Assembly (NCBI GenBank): GCA_965645245.1
Contig: OZ287077.1
Coordinates: 1,674,001 to 1,738,000 of the forward strand
DNA: 64,000 nt
Origin: Massalongia carnosa
Taxonomy: Eukaryota
Direction of reading: 5' to 3'
The notes under the pieces were generated by a model that did not search any database, was not told the origin of the DNA, and saw only the letters and a list, made by a program, of their open reading frames with translations. The translations under genes were made by a program, and so were the position numbers. The first letter of the stretch is position 1; each line of letters opens with the position of its first letter. Positions 13,478 to 25,625 of this stretch are shown here, one piece after another.

Positions 13478-15452
13478 ATGTCTAACGAAGAGGATCTCAT
13501 CGACTACTCAGACGAGGAGCTTCAAACCAACGAGGCCGCTCCTAATGAACCGTCTGCCGCAACTACCAATGGTCATGCGACAGCGAAGGGCGATTTGACG
13601 GTCTCTGGAGGTAATGCCGACAAGAAGGGGAGCTATGTCGGGATCCACGCAACGGGGTTTCGGGATTTTTTGCTGAAGCCCGAGCTTCTCCGGGCGATTA
13701 CCGACTGCGGGTTCGAGCATCCATCGGAGGGTCAGTCATAATTCTTCTTCCCAGCTTCCTCCAGTACCTCTCGTGCCCATACGTCCGTCCATCTCCGCAG
13801 AAAGAATCGATTCGTTACTGTTCGAGCTCGCGGGCGGCCCGAGGAAGTCTCTGGATCCAGCGATACTGTATTTCGCCTGCAGGTCGTATTGTCGAGTTTG
13901 GACGCGTATTATGTGAATCCCCTATCTTTTGTAATTGTCCTCAATAATTATAAGTCTGGGATCCTCCAAGAATGCATCACTAGAGACTTCCGAGGCCGCC
14001 CTGCAATGTGCATATGTCCGCATGTTTTCAAAACCCACCACCTGTTCCTTTTCCACTGTTGGGACATCTTTGCTTGGATTTGATAGAGTTAGATCTCTTG
14101 TCTCGAGTATCATATTATTGCGGGATGGATGGACATCATGATGGACTAATTGTTGTTGTCACTTTTTTCTTGCTCGGGTATAAGTCTAACATCGACATCG
14201 TCTTATTACAGTCCAACAAGTTTGCATACCACAGGCGATTCTCGGGACCGATGTTCTCTGCCAGGCGAAATCCGGACTCGGGAAAACTGCTGTTTTCGTC
14301 CTCACTACGTTACAGCAAGTCGAACCCATTGCTGGTGAATGTTCAGTCCTTGTCATGTGCCACACTCGTGAGTTGGCATACCAGATTAAGAATGAATACG
14401 CTCGTTTCAGCAAGTACATGCCAGAAGTCAAGACGGTTGTGTTCTACGGGGGAACTCCGATGCAGAAAGATATTGAAACCCTAAACAACAAGGATACCCA
14501 TCCACATATCATAGTTGCCACCCCTGGCCGTCTGAACGCCCTAGTACGTGACAAAAAACTGCAACTGAGGAACATCAAGGTCTTTGTCCTCGATGAATGT
14601 GATAAGATGTTGGATCAAATTGGTAGGCCGCCTTCGGAAGCTTCCCGTATAGATTATGCTCAGTCATTGCTCTAGATATGCGCCGTGATGTTCAAGAGAT
14701 CTTCCGTGCTACCCCCACTCAGAAGCAGGTGATGATGTTTAGCGCCACGCTATCTCAAGAAGTTCGCCCAATCTGCAAGAAGTTTATGCAGCATCCGCTT
14801 GAAATCTACGTCGATGATGAGACGAAGCTGACTCTTCATGGTCTTGCTCAGTTTTACATCAAGCTCAGTGAAGGAGAGAAGAACCGCAAGCTTAACGATC
14901 TGCTAGATAACCTGGAATTCAACCAGGTAATAATCTTTGTAAAGAGTACCCTTCGGGCTACGGAGCTTGATAAGCTGCTTCGCGAGTGTAACTTCCCTAG
15001 TATCGCGGTTCACTCCGGCGTGAGTCAGGAAGAGCGGTAGGTTTACTCTGTTTGCTCCAGAGCCCGACTGTTCTTTCTAATTTCTATAGCATAAAACGCT
15101 ACAAGGAGTTTAAGGAGTTTAACAAACGAATTTGCGTAGCAACCGATGTTTTTGGCCGGGGTATTGACATCGAGCGTATCAACCTTGCCATCAACTATGA
15201 TCTGCCAGGCGATGCCGACTCTTACCTTCACCGTGTAGGTCGTGCTGGAAGATTTGGCACTAAAGGTGTCAGCATTTCGTTTGTGAGTAGTGACGCCGAT
15301 CAAGAGGTTTTGAAGGCGATAGAAAAGAGATTTGAGGTCGCTTTACCGTGAGTTGATGAAACCTGCCGGCTTTTATGAAAGATATATTGATTGAGTATAA
15401 CAGCGAATATCCCCCGGAGGGTATCGATTCGAACACCTACATGGTCAACTGA
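13478..15452 (+). CDS. SUB2: DECD-box RNA helicase Sub2/UAP56; exons 13478-13730, 14212-14622, 14676-15036, 15090-15347, 15404-15452
   Basis: Motifs [26 protein letters not shown] and [10 protein letters not shown]. All junctions are GT-AG and keep the frame. Confidence 0.97.
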
Positions 15453-16074
15453 CAGTTTGGCCTCGATATTTCTGGCCCATCGGGCTGCGGGTGTAGTCTT
15501 TCCGCACTGTCATCAATTGATCCCCCCCTGCTCCAGGTTTCCCAAAAAATGCTTTTCAAGAATCTGTTTTGTTCGTCTGCTAGGAAGAGGTTTCGGTTCT
15601 TTCTCTTTTCTTGCGTGGTTTGGGGAGGGTTTGGTGCATGGATGTACTTCAGATACAGATAGTTACATTGGCTAAAGCTCTTTTCTTCTGCTTCAGATGG
15701 GTATTCCTCTCGCTCACTAGTAGCTAGAATTACGAGGCTCAAATCGCAGCTCGTCATTATCTATTCTTTCCATAATCATCCTCCTCCTTTTTCGGGATAG
15801 AGCGAACCTCCCCTATTGCTACCGTTATCTGGCTACTCGTTTCCCACCACCAAAACTTCAACCTAAAGTATGCGCCTAAACTCAAGTCTTTTTGTAACGG
15901 TACCTTTCCCTAGCGCATTTGTCTACAAAGGAAGCTAGGCGAAAGACCTAACGCCGGGGAAATATTTATCCGAAAAACATAGCTAACTAGGTATCTTGAG
16001 CCCCTCCGCTGCGACTTAATTGATCCATCCTCAAACCTACCTTCTCCTCTTGTTGGAGGAAAAAGCGGAGGAAA

Positions 16075-17300
16075 ATGGCTAAAGACAAAGAGCGCGCTCT
16101 CAATCCCGCCGCCGCTCAGCGGAGACTCGAGAAGCAGAAAGCGCTCAAAAAAGGTGTTTGGTTTTTTTCTTCCACATCTCACTTCCCACCTACTCACTCC
16201 CCCCCGTGGTCCTACCCTCTTTCAAACCCCCTTCCCTATCCTAACCTAATAAATAAGCTAATATCGGGTTTCCCTCAACAGGGAAAGCCGCGGTCCTTGC
16301 ACAGCGCACAACCCGGCTTGCAGCGCGCAATCCGCACCGGCTAGAACGGCAAATCGCCGAGCTGAAGGAGCTACAGACGAGCCTTGGCGGGACTCTGAGC
16401 GCGCGTGACAAGAAGGCCCTAGAGGATGCGGAGAAGGATTTGGGGCGGGTGAGGAAGGCGAGGGAAGTTGTTGGCGTAGTGGGTAGTGGTGGTGGTGATA
16501 GGAGGAAGGGGGGGAAGGAGGGAGAGGGAGGAACAAGAGGAGGAGAGGGGAGAGGGGATGGTGGGGGATTTGGGAAGAGGGGCCGGGGGGGTTTTAGCGG
16601 TAGGATGAAGAGGGAACGGAGCGAGAGCGAAGAGCATACGGATGAGAGCGTGAGGAATATTCCCATGCCGAGAGATACCCCGCCGCCTATTCCTCGGTCT
16701 TGTTCTTCGACTACCTTCCGCGACAATCAGAACCACAACAGTAGCAGCAGCAACAACAACAACAATAACCATCTTACTAACCCTTCTACAACCGCCAACC
16801 GAACCCCTCTCGGCCCTACTAGCCGTGTGCAAGGGGAACCTAGCAGCAACAATAACAATAATGCAACACCACCATCGTTACACCCACTTCCGCCCAAACC
16901 CGCCGCGCAAAAAGTCTATGAATCCGCGCCGCTGGTGCGAGACTTGCGGAAAGAAGCTGTGGCGAAGTTTGTTCCAGAGGCGGTAAGGAGGAAGTTGGAG
17001 GCTGCTAGAGGTAGGGGGAGGCTGGACGGGAGGCTATTGGAGGAGGAGGAGCTGGCGAGATTGGAGGGGGAGGGGTATCGGGCTGGTGGTGGTGGTGGTG
17101 ATGATGTGGGGCGACGTATAGAGGAGAGAGACGGGGTAGGGGGTGAGGTTGCGGTTGGGAGGATGTGGAATGGTACAGAAGAAGCGGAAAGGTTGAGGGA
17201 AGAGGAGAAGCGGTTTGCGAGGGACTTGGAGGTGGAGGATGGCGCGGGGAGATTAAGCAGAGAGGTGAGAGTGGCAGAAGTTGATGACGAAGATCTATAA
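16075..17300 (+). CDS. WW domain-binding protein 11 (Wbp11)-like splicing factor; intron 16154-16281
   Basis: N-terminus MAKDKERALNPAAAQRRLEKQKALKK|GKAAVLAQR...RNPHRLERQI resembles the Wbp11 domain. Later segments are IPMPRDTPPP and YESAPLVRDLRKEA...FVP. The splice keeps the frame. Confidence 0.75.
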
Positions 17301-17703
17301 CGTATGCTGGCGTTGATGCCCGAATTTATATCTACAGAGAATTCTAAATGGGATCGAAAGTTCACCGATATATTAAAGTAAAACTTTGCTCTGAAATACC
17401 TATTATCTTGCCCTACGATAGTGTTACAATGAACGAAAGAGTAAACTATTGAGGTAGAAGTTAGGCTCTGCGCTTGTTATGGAGTTTCTATCTAAAGCTG
17501 CTAAAGTTAAGAGCTGAAGTGACTATTAAGCAGCAGAAGGAAATTTCGTATCCTTCCTCTCACAAAGTGCATGCAAACCACCAACCTCCAGTCCGGCACC
17601 GTTTATCCCCATTGCCTATCGAGGTCTTCACAGGAAAGGAGCCGCTCGTGTACGCTCAGAAAGACACAGGAAGCCAGCCATCTATGATATCATGATGTTG
17701 CTA

Positions 17704-18237
17704 TTACTTAGTATTGCCTGAGCCGGAAATACTGTTAGCCAGTCCTGCCCATCAAGTGTTTGTATCTGCAACATAAAGGGAGAAGGAAAATATGAGGTCT
17801 TCATACCCTGGACAGTCTCTTGGACGCTGGAGGCAGCGTCGCTGATAGCCTGCTTAGTAGATTCGAGGTAGGATTCGCCTTGCTTTGTAGCTTCGTCGCT
17901 GCCTGAGCTGGTGGAATCAGTGAGCTTCTGGGTTGTGGACTTCTCGCTTTCTAAGACGAAAATCCACGTTAGCAAGTGAAGGTTAAAGGGGAATGGCAAG
18001 GAGGTAAGGCTTACCAGGCTGGACAGTTCCCGCTGCGGAGTCAGCTGCGCCAGATACTTTATCCTTAGTCTTGTCAACAGTAGACTTCTCCGAGCCGGGG
18101 GTTAGGTTCTTCTGGGCCTTGTCGGTGATGCCTTCACGTCTGAAAGAAAATTCAGGTTAGCTAGGCTCAGCTGTGAGGGCAATGGTGAGGTTCGGGTCAA
18201 TATCAGCATTCCTTGACACTTACCCGGTGTCGGTCAT
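17704..18237 (-). CDS. HSP12: Small heat-shock/LEA-like protein, HSP9/HSP12 family (4 exons)
   Basis: Spliced product is MTDTG|REGITDKAQKNLTPGSEKSTVDK...GTVQP|ESEKSTTQKLTDS...VQ|GNTK*, with canonical introns. Confidence 0.8.
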
Positions 18238-20265
18238 GTTGATGGTTTGATTTGAAGTTGATGCTGTAGAATAAGGTGAAGTTGGTTTTCAAGTTGAAGA
18301 AGTGTTTTGTTTGGATTGACGAAAGCTTGGTAGGATTGTGATGATTTATGAGATGTAAGAACGAAGAAAAGTATGATAGAAGGGCAGGGTATTTGTAGGG
18401 AGGAGTGCCCCACCATTGCTCTTGCCATTACGTAGATTCATCACAATAGAGTAAAGGTAAAATGGTCACGAGAGGGGTGAATATTACTGCCTACTAAGGC
18501 TCCGAATATTCAACTCTTCACGTACCAATCATCCGGCATCCTGGTTAAGGAAAAGAGATGCCTTGCATGAAAAGACACGCTCTAGGCTCACCTCATACAT
18601 GAACCATTTTGCCTAACCCCCACCAGTTGACGCAATCAACGCCCAATGGCACAAGAGAAGGCGAGCGAACTGGCGGGGAATGCCACAATTACTGCCACAA
18701 ATGACGCCACATGATGTGCTCATCCCAGCCCTTCGGCACAACACCTGAATTTTGCATCTCACATGGCCATCAAAAACTAACACAACTGCATCCCCGCACC
18801 GACCCTGAACAAGTAAGCATGACATCATAGCCTCGGACTACTCCCCGATAAGCCCGAAACTTAAGGATATCGTTATCGATAAGGGTTCTGCTTCCTCTCG
18901 AATGGCGTTGCAAACACTTGTTAATAATAGTATGAGCCAATAACTTACAGAATCATGAGATTTCAATATGCGATTGACGAGATCGTTCCAGTGTATTTAT
19001 TCCATTTTGTTGCGTGATTTAAAAGAATGTCCGACCACACAACTGCATAATCCTTTAAGTAGATGGAGCATATCAGAAATATGACAAACAAGCCATGCAA
19101 ATTGTCTCATGCACAAGGGACACCCTTTCAGTTGCTAACACTTGAGGGATATTTCTTCAAGAGAACCAATCCATTGCAGTTAAGTTAACATCAACGCCAA
19201 CCGCGCAATGAGCCCCCATCATAAGCGGTAGTTTAAGTTTCCGGAGCAGAAGGAAAGCTGAATTAGTATCTAATAGAACCTCTGACAGCCAAAATTTGAA
19301 GCCAAGATAAATAAAGATTCAGTATATTGAGAAAGGTTTACAAAGCCGGAATTTTTATATCCTGAGAAGCTATGTTTGCGCCATGAGAAACCTACACCTG
19401 CTCTTATAGGTAATATAAACTCCAGCATCAAAGTAAGTCGCGAGCAACTTGAGACTGAGAATGAAGGATAAGGAAAATATATGAGAAACCCGAATGACAA
19501 GGACCCTAATAATAAAGTGCCAGAAACAGATAACTTGTGCATTGCGGACACGTAATGACCAAACGCATAGCGTCCTAGTATTCCATAATACATGCCCCTC
19601 GAACTAGAGCTCACTGCGGATCTAAGGGGATCTCATGTGAGCTACCTCAATGCTAATGAAGATGTTTAGAAATCTACAATAAGCCTTGAAGCAAGATAGA
19701 CGCAGGTAGCAAGCATACATTAGGTATAGCTTGCGAGGCACTGCGCTGCTGAACCGATAGCAGTGGACACATAAATGATAAATACAGCTGATGAGAAAAA
19801 AGTATAAGTAAAGATGAAAAGTCAGGCCGGCAAGGTTTTCATCCAACCGCCATAGCTCATCTTCCTTACTACCAAGTAACATCACAAGTGAGTGGATGGA
19901 TGCATAGGAAAGTAATTGATGCTATGCAGCTAGCGAGCCGTAAAGTGAGAAGGTTGAGGACATGAGCGTCAAGAAAAATATGTAATAACCCAGCCCTTGA
20001 ACGTTGAACATAAGGACGTAGACGCAGAATGATCCTTGTCTATCGCGCTGGGGAGCTTATTAAAAATTTGCAACATTCCATTATAAAGCAACAACCGGGG
20101 CCGGGAACCTCAGGGTGGTCAAGGGCATCATGTCATTTCGGTACGAAATGAATAAAAGGAGGCCAACGTATTTCGATCGTCCACGTATGATTGTTGCTGG
20201 GTATCTTGCTAGTATAGAGTACATAACCAGGCGGAAGCGCTGCACAATCGATCCTCTTCGTCTGT

Positions 20266-20826
20266 TTATGCTTTAGGCGTATCATGTATTGCTACCACCA
20301 AGTATTTAGGATCTAGGGAAGGTGTTAGTTGAAGGCAAGCAATATTTAACGGTATGAAACCATTATAGCTAATGAAAGACACCACGGTCAAAGCATGAAC
20401 CGGTGCAATCAGCACAAATCACTGACCTAGCACTATCACAATCTCACTTTTGCGTGTTCTCAAGCGCAGAAGTTTGGGCTCGTCTTCTTTATCCATAGTT
20501 TCGACCAAGACTCCTGCGGCAGACACAAAGGCGAAGACCATCTTTGCGACCTCCTCTGCGCTTTTTTCTTTGGTAACTTCATTGGAATTCGTGTCAAAGT
20601 AGTCTCCGGTTTTGGCTCCTTCCTTAGCAACATTGCCTCCTTCACTCACAACGCTATTTTCTAAATCGTTGCTGACCTCTATGCTGTCAAGACCTGAGGT
20701 CGATGATGCAGCGGGATCAGTCTTTGCAAGGAGGCCGCTAGTGCGTATGATTGATCCATCGGCAGCGGAGAGTATCAACGTTGACTGGACGCCCCGCTGG
20801 GCATCTAACCGCAAAATGCTGTCCAT
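20266..20826 (-). CDS. Dynein light chain roadblock/LC7-like protein (true start uncertain)
   Basis: Reads GVQSTLILSAADGSIIRTSG...LLRLRTRKSEIVIVL|DPKYLVVAIHDTPKA*, with one intron before the last exon. Confidence 0.75.
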
Positions 20827-21581
20827 TTTCGATAGTGTCTACTATGTATTGATTAGCCTCCACTCTAGATTATCCCGAAATCAAAGGGATGTTGCATCAA
20901 GTATACGTACAGTTGAAAGAACTGTGCTGATAATAGGTCATAAGACCGCTTAGGGAAAACACAAAAACAATAGAAGATTAATACTCATCAACAGCAGCCC
21001 GTCAAGCCGAAGGGAAAATTGAGCCTGCGTATCCGGATCAACGACAATTTGATGTATAAGGACCATGCATGCATCGATGATCGTGATGGCGGAAAACCGT
21101 AAGGAACGAACGCAAAATTGCTGATAGACCTCGCCGTCCCTGGCTAAGGAGTGTAGCAGCAACGACGCGGAGAAATAAATGGCAGCCGATTCTAGCAGGA
21201 AGATGGAAACCAAAGTATGGTGCAACCCCTCACTACTCGCTGCCGGATCGCCTGATAGTAGGAATCCTTCTTCCCAATCCAGCGTGGTGAAATTCAGCAG
21301 TTTTTGCGACGCGGCATAAGGGTGCATTCTTTTCGTGAACTTTTACGAATTAGAAGCGGAGTAGAAGGGAAAGCAGCTCAGCGCCGAGCACTTCCCCAAA
21401 AGGCAATGCGATCTTCGCGACGATGCGCTTTAGCAAGCATAATCCCATGGATAGGTCGAAACTCGGCACATTGTCACCACTTTACCTTTTACGAAGTGGA
21501 GTTTTAAAACGCTTGACTATACTTCAATATTCTCCGTAGTACATATTCTAGAGCGGAAAACTATGCACTCCACAGAGCAAG

Positions 21582-22724
21582 ATGGGTCCCAGCAAGAAAA
21601 AGAAAGCCGATAAGCAAAAGGACTTTCAAGTATGTCTCCTTTTAATTACGCACTACAATGCAGGCACTGACCAGATATAGAAACCCAAATTCAAGGTCGG
21701 AAAGGCGCGGCCAAAGCCAGCTAACCACACAGACACTACTTTCAAATCAAAAGGTACACAGGAAAGATAGACCGCTGTTTTACATATTTTAACTCTCGTC
21801 CGCTGATATGAAATTATAGCTATCGTGATAAACCAGCAATCTATCAGCTTGGATGCCCCGTCTCGTTCAGAGCAGTTCACCCGCTACCTTTCCTTGTTAA
21901 CCTCACGTACCGATTCCCAGCGCAAAGATGCTCTCAGCTACCTCACCAATACCGTTACCGCCAACGAGATCGACAAGCCCCTGCCCCAGGATACGAGCGT
22001 CATCATCCCCAAACTCCTCCCGCTGATCCTCGACGGCAACCATGGCGTTCGCATCCAACTACTAAAACTCCTACGCACCCTCTCCCTTACAGGCCTAGAA
22101 GATCACGTTGACACTATCTTACTCTATACTCATGCCGGCTTAAACCATTTGGCTGCCGATATTCAAAGCTCCACCTTGGACATCCTTGAATGGGCAGTAA
22201 CCCTCGGTGATAACGATTTCGTCTCCTGCCCTGGCGCCTGGGTGAAAACTCTTAGATGCCTGTATCTTATGTTGGGCTGGATACCCAGACCTCAACTCCC
22301 CACATACGGCCGTCTCTCCTGCTTCTGGAGCCAAGATGGCGCGCAAGGAAATCTCCTTGTCAAGATCCTTCATGCCATGGCCGCCTTCCTGACCGCGGGC
22401 TTCGTTCCCGGGGCCACGGAAAGTGAGATCAGGCAGATGGAAGCGGAGGAGGCCCAGCGATGTTTCCCAATTGTGCCCCACGCCCAGCATCTTCCCCGAG
22501 GGGGATCTGGTTTCGAATACTTGAACCTGTACGGCCCGCCGCGGAATGTAGATGACAAGCCGTACGAGACGCGCGAGGAGCGGCAGAGTCGGTTTGTGGA
22601 AAGTTTCTGGAAGCCGATGGAGTGGAAACTGGAGCAGTTGAAGAAGGAGGGGGGGGAGGTGGGGAGGGCTGCGAAGGCGGTGGAAGCGGTGATTGCCGAT
22701 GGGATGAGGGACTACGATGAGTAG
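21582..22724 (+). CDS. IPI1: Pre-rRNA processing protein Ipi1 (Rix1 complex), 2 introns near the 5' end
   Basis: Spliced N-terminus is MGPSKKKKADKQKDFQ|KPKFKVGKARPKPANHTDTTFKSK|AIVINQQSI, followed by RKDALSYL and LPLILDG..VRIQLLKLL. Confidence 0.88.
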
Positions 22725-23954
22725 GAGGGAAAACATGGGATGAATCGTGAAAACGGGCGATGGGCCGTGTAAGGTGAGGAAGAGAGTAGAAATACCGATC
22801 GTAAGTGGCTTATTTCTCAACACATTTCGGTAGCCTTGCTTATTCCGAGCTCACTTTTTTCTTAGCATCTTGCATATCCCACTTTACTCTCCAAGGGAGG
22901 AAGGGCAACTGAAGTAATATCTTATCCCAGCATTCCCGACAAGCGACCGGAGACTGTTTAGCACAAAGTTTTTAAATCTATGGTTGTCTTAGCTTTTAAT
23001 TAAAATTACACTAATATATCCCTTCACACTTCGCTCTCAGCACATAGAAATGTCCCATTATACTTTTTCCACCCTAATGTTTTAAAAATAAGTTGATAGC
23101 GTCTCTATGCTTGGGTCGGCAGGGACTGATTCTATCGTCAGCTTTTACAATATTTCCCAAAAATTGATATTCATCCACCCCCATTCCTTTCTTTTTCCTT
23201 CTTCCTTCCATCCCACCATAAAATCCCTCCTGCCACCAGCTTCCCAGAAATGAGTCTTTATTCCACCCCCCTCCAACCTCCTCACCTACTATTCTCTCTA
23301 CCACTCTCTCATTCCTCCACAAGAGATGCGTAAGGGGGGTAGGGGTCGTATTTGTTTGAGGAAAATAGATTGAAGAGTTCCGTTTTATCCGTATTACCCC
23401 CTTGTTCGCTCAAACCTCCTCCAGCGCTCCTTTCCCATCCTTTCTAATTCCCCTCTTCTATTTATTCCTTCAGCATGAACTCCCGTTTCTTTTGTTGGGA
23501 ACCTGGAAATTGACAGGTGAATAATCGATCTAAAAGGAGGGGGGGGCGATGAAAAGAAGAAGGGGAGGAAAGGAAACTAGGAAAGGGACATGAATTATGA
23601 GAATATTGAGGACGAAAGAGATAGAGAAGGCGTTAGATAGGCAATGCGTTGGATTTTTACTTTTGGGATGAATTTGTTCCGGGGGCGGGTACCTAAGTAG
23701 GTACATACATAGATAGACCCCTTCCTGGGTTTAACGAGCTAGATGAAGAGCCAGGGGAAGGGAAGGCGGAATCAGCTTTGCTACATATATGTAACATGCC
23801 GTTCCGCATATATTTCTTACTTTCTTCCCCTTTCTTCCCCTTTCTTCCTCTTTCTTCTATTTTACCATTTCGCTCCATTTTCGATTTCTTCCCGGGCAAT
23901 GGGACAACAGCAAGTTTCCACTCCCCGACCACTTCCACCACCCAAACGAGCCGT

Positions 23955-24818
23955 TCACTCGACCTTACTCTCGAAATTTTCCCCTTCGACCAAATCCGGG
24001 ATATCATCGTCGTCATCGTCGTCGTCGTCGTTCCCGCCGTCTTTCTTGCCCCGCCCATCTCCCCCTCCTCCTCCGCTGCCGTCTTTCTTCTGCAGGGACT
24101 GGTAGCTCTCAGCTAGCTTGCGCAGGGAAGCCAGGCTGTCCGGGCCGAGCTGGTTAAGGATCCCAGGAACAAGTTCTGTGAGCTCTTTGTCTTCGCCGGC
24201 GCCATAGATGGCGAAGGTATTAGAGGGGAAGGAGGCGTGGACTATAGGGATATTTGCCAGGGAGATTAGTTCGAGAGTTTATGGTGAGATTTGGGGGGGG
24301 GTGTAGGGCGCTAGGGTTTGGGCAAAGAGTAATTGAGGTCGAGGCATTTGGAGTGGACAGGAAGCGGGGGAAAGCAGAAAACTTACCTTTAGGAGCAGCG
24401 AAATGAATTACGTTGCCGTCTTCCTTGAACATGTTCACCTCCTCAATCGCCTGGATGGGTTGCACATTGAGTTTTTTCAGCGCCGTTTGAAGCTTTTTGT
24501 CATCGGTTCCGGACGATTTATGCACTTTTTTCACTTTTCGCCGCGGAGTGCCTTTACCACTGGCAGCGGGATGCTGTTAGCTCCGGGGCATAGAGAAGAT
24601 TAGGGAGACAGCTCATGCAAGATGTGCAATTCCAGGGTTGGTAAGAGGAATACGGAGGAGGGGTCGAAAGAGGAAGGAAGCCATCTTACCCTACATGTGT
24701 GGAAGGTTGAATTAGCCATAGTTCTAGAGACAAGGTAGAGAGAGAGATGGGCTCGTAAGATTTAAAACTCACCAATTCGTACAGATTGCTGCATCTTCGC
24801 CAGCTTTGCCTGATCCAT
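23955..24818 (-). CDS. EGD1: Nascent polypeptide-associated complex beta (BTF3); exons 24818-24773, 24690 (1 nt), 24559-24387, 24241-23955
   Basis: Product is [30 protein letters not shown]...[24 protein letters not shown]...[18 protein letters not shown]...[16 protein letters not shown]. Confidence 0.95.
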
Positions 24819-25625
24819 GATTGCAATGGGTTCGGCTCAAGAGATGCCAGTCGCTGCAACGGGATAGTAGGAGGGGGGTTAGAAAACTACTTCAAATCTT
24901 GAGCTTCCGGGTACTTGGAAGAACACGAATGAGCCTGGAGTTTTTGGAGCAGAACTTTGATCACGGAGGGGGGTTGAGTTGATAGATGTAGCTTAAGCTT
25001 GGGTTGTTTTTCGAGTTTCCGCTGATGATTTTCGACTCGATGGCGCCAAGAACCTCACACTCAATCGGGCATAGAATGAGTGCCGCCTTAAGGTAACTAC
25101 TCCGTAGTTATGTGTATCTCAAAAGCTCTGAAGCAATAAATTACGCTGAAAACTGCTCAAATTCTCGAAAATTTTCAGTTGTCAAAATTTGTTGTTTAAA
25201 CCAGCTGGAACGTAGAAAGCACCCCAAGGCCTTCCATGATGAACCTGCTTAACACTTCCCGCCCATCTTTACCGTCTTTGGTTTTTCCGGTTTTATTACG
25301 AGCCTTGTGCTCAAATCTCCAGAATTTGAAAAATTCGACTGATGAGTGCAGCAGCATCAGCCACGGAATATTGTAGCAATAGCAGGATCCAATATTTCTA
25401 CGCTCATGAATGTATATTGTGTTAAATTACTTATAGATGTGGTCATGTGATGCCGAATATCAACTCGGATTTTTCTCTCAAATTTTCCCCGAAGTTCAAC
25501 AACATCCGTTTGCATATGCTACAAAAACGTTTATGTTGAAAAGGATTTTGTGTTGCCTGCAGATCGGTCTCCTTTCCTATTAACCTTGTTCTCTTCAACG
25601 TGTTCATCTTGGCGCAGTGACAAAG

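Noticed and set aside
16241..17365. Long antisense ORFs over the WBP11-like gene (likewise over IPI1, the BIM1-like gene and the Sel1 gene)
   Set aside because: They are shadows of GC-rich, low-complexity coding sequence on the opposite strand.
19270..19885. Hydrophobic minus-strand ORFs as a membrane-protein gene
   Set aside because: No recognisable motif; fragments are in different frames without clear splice sites.
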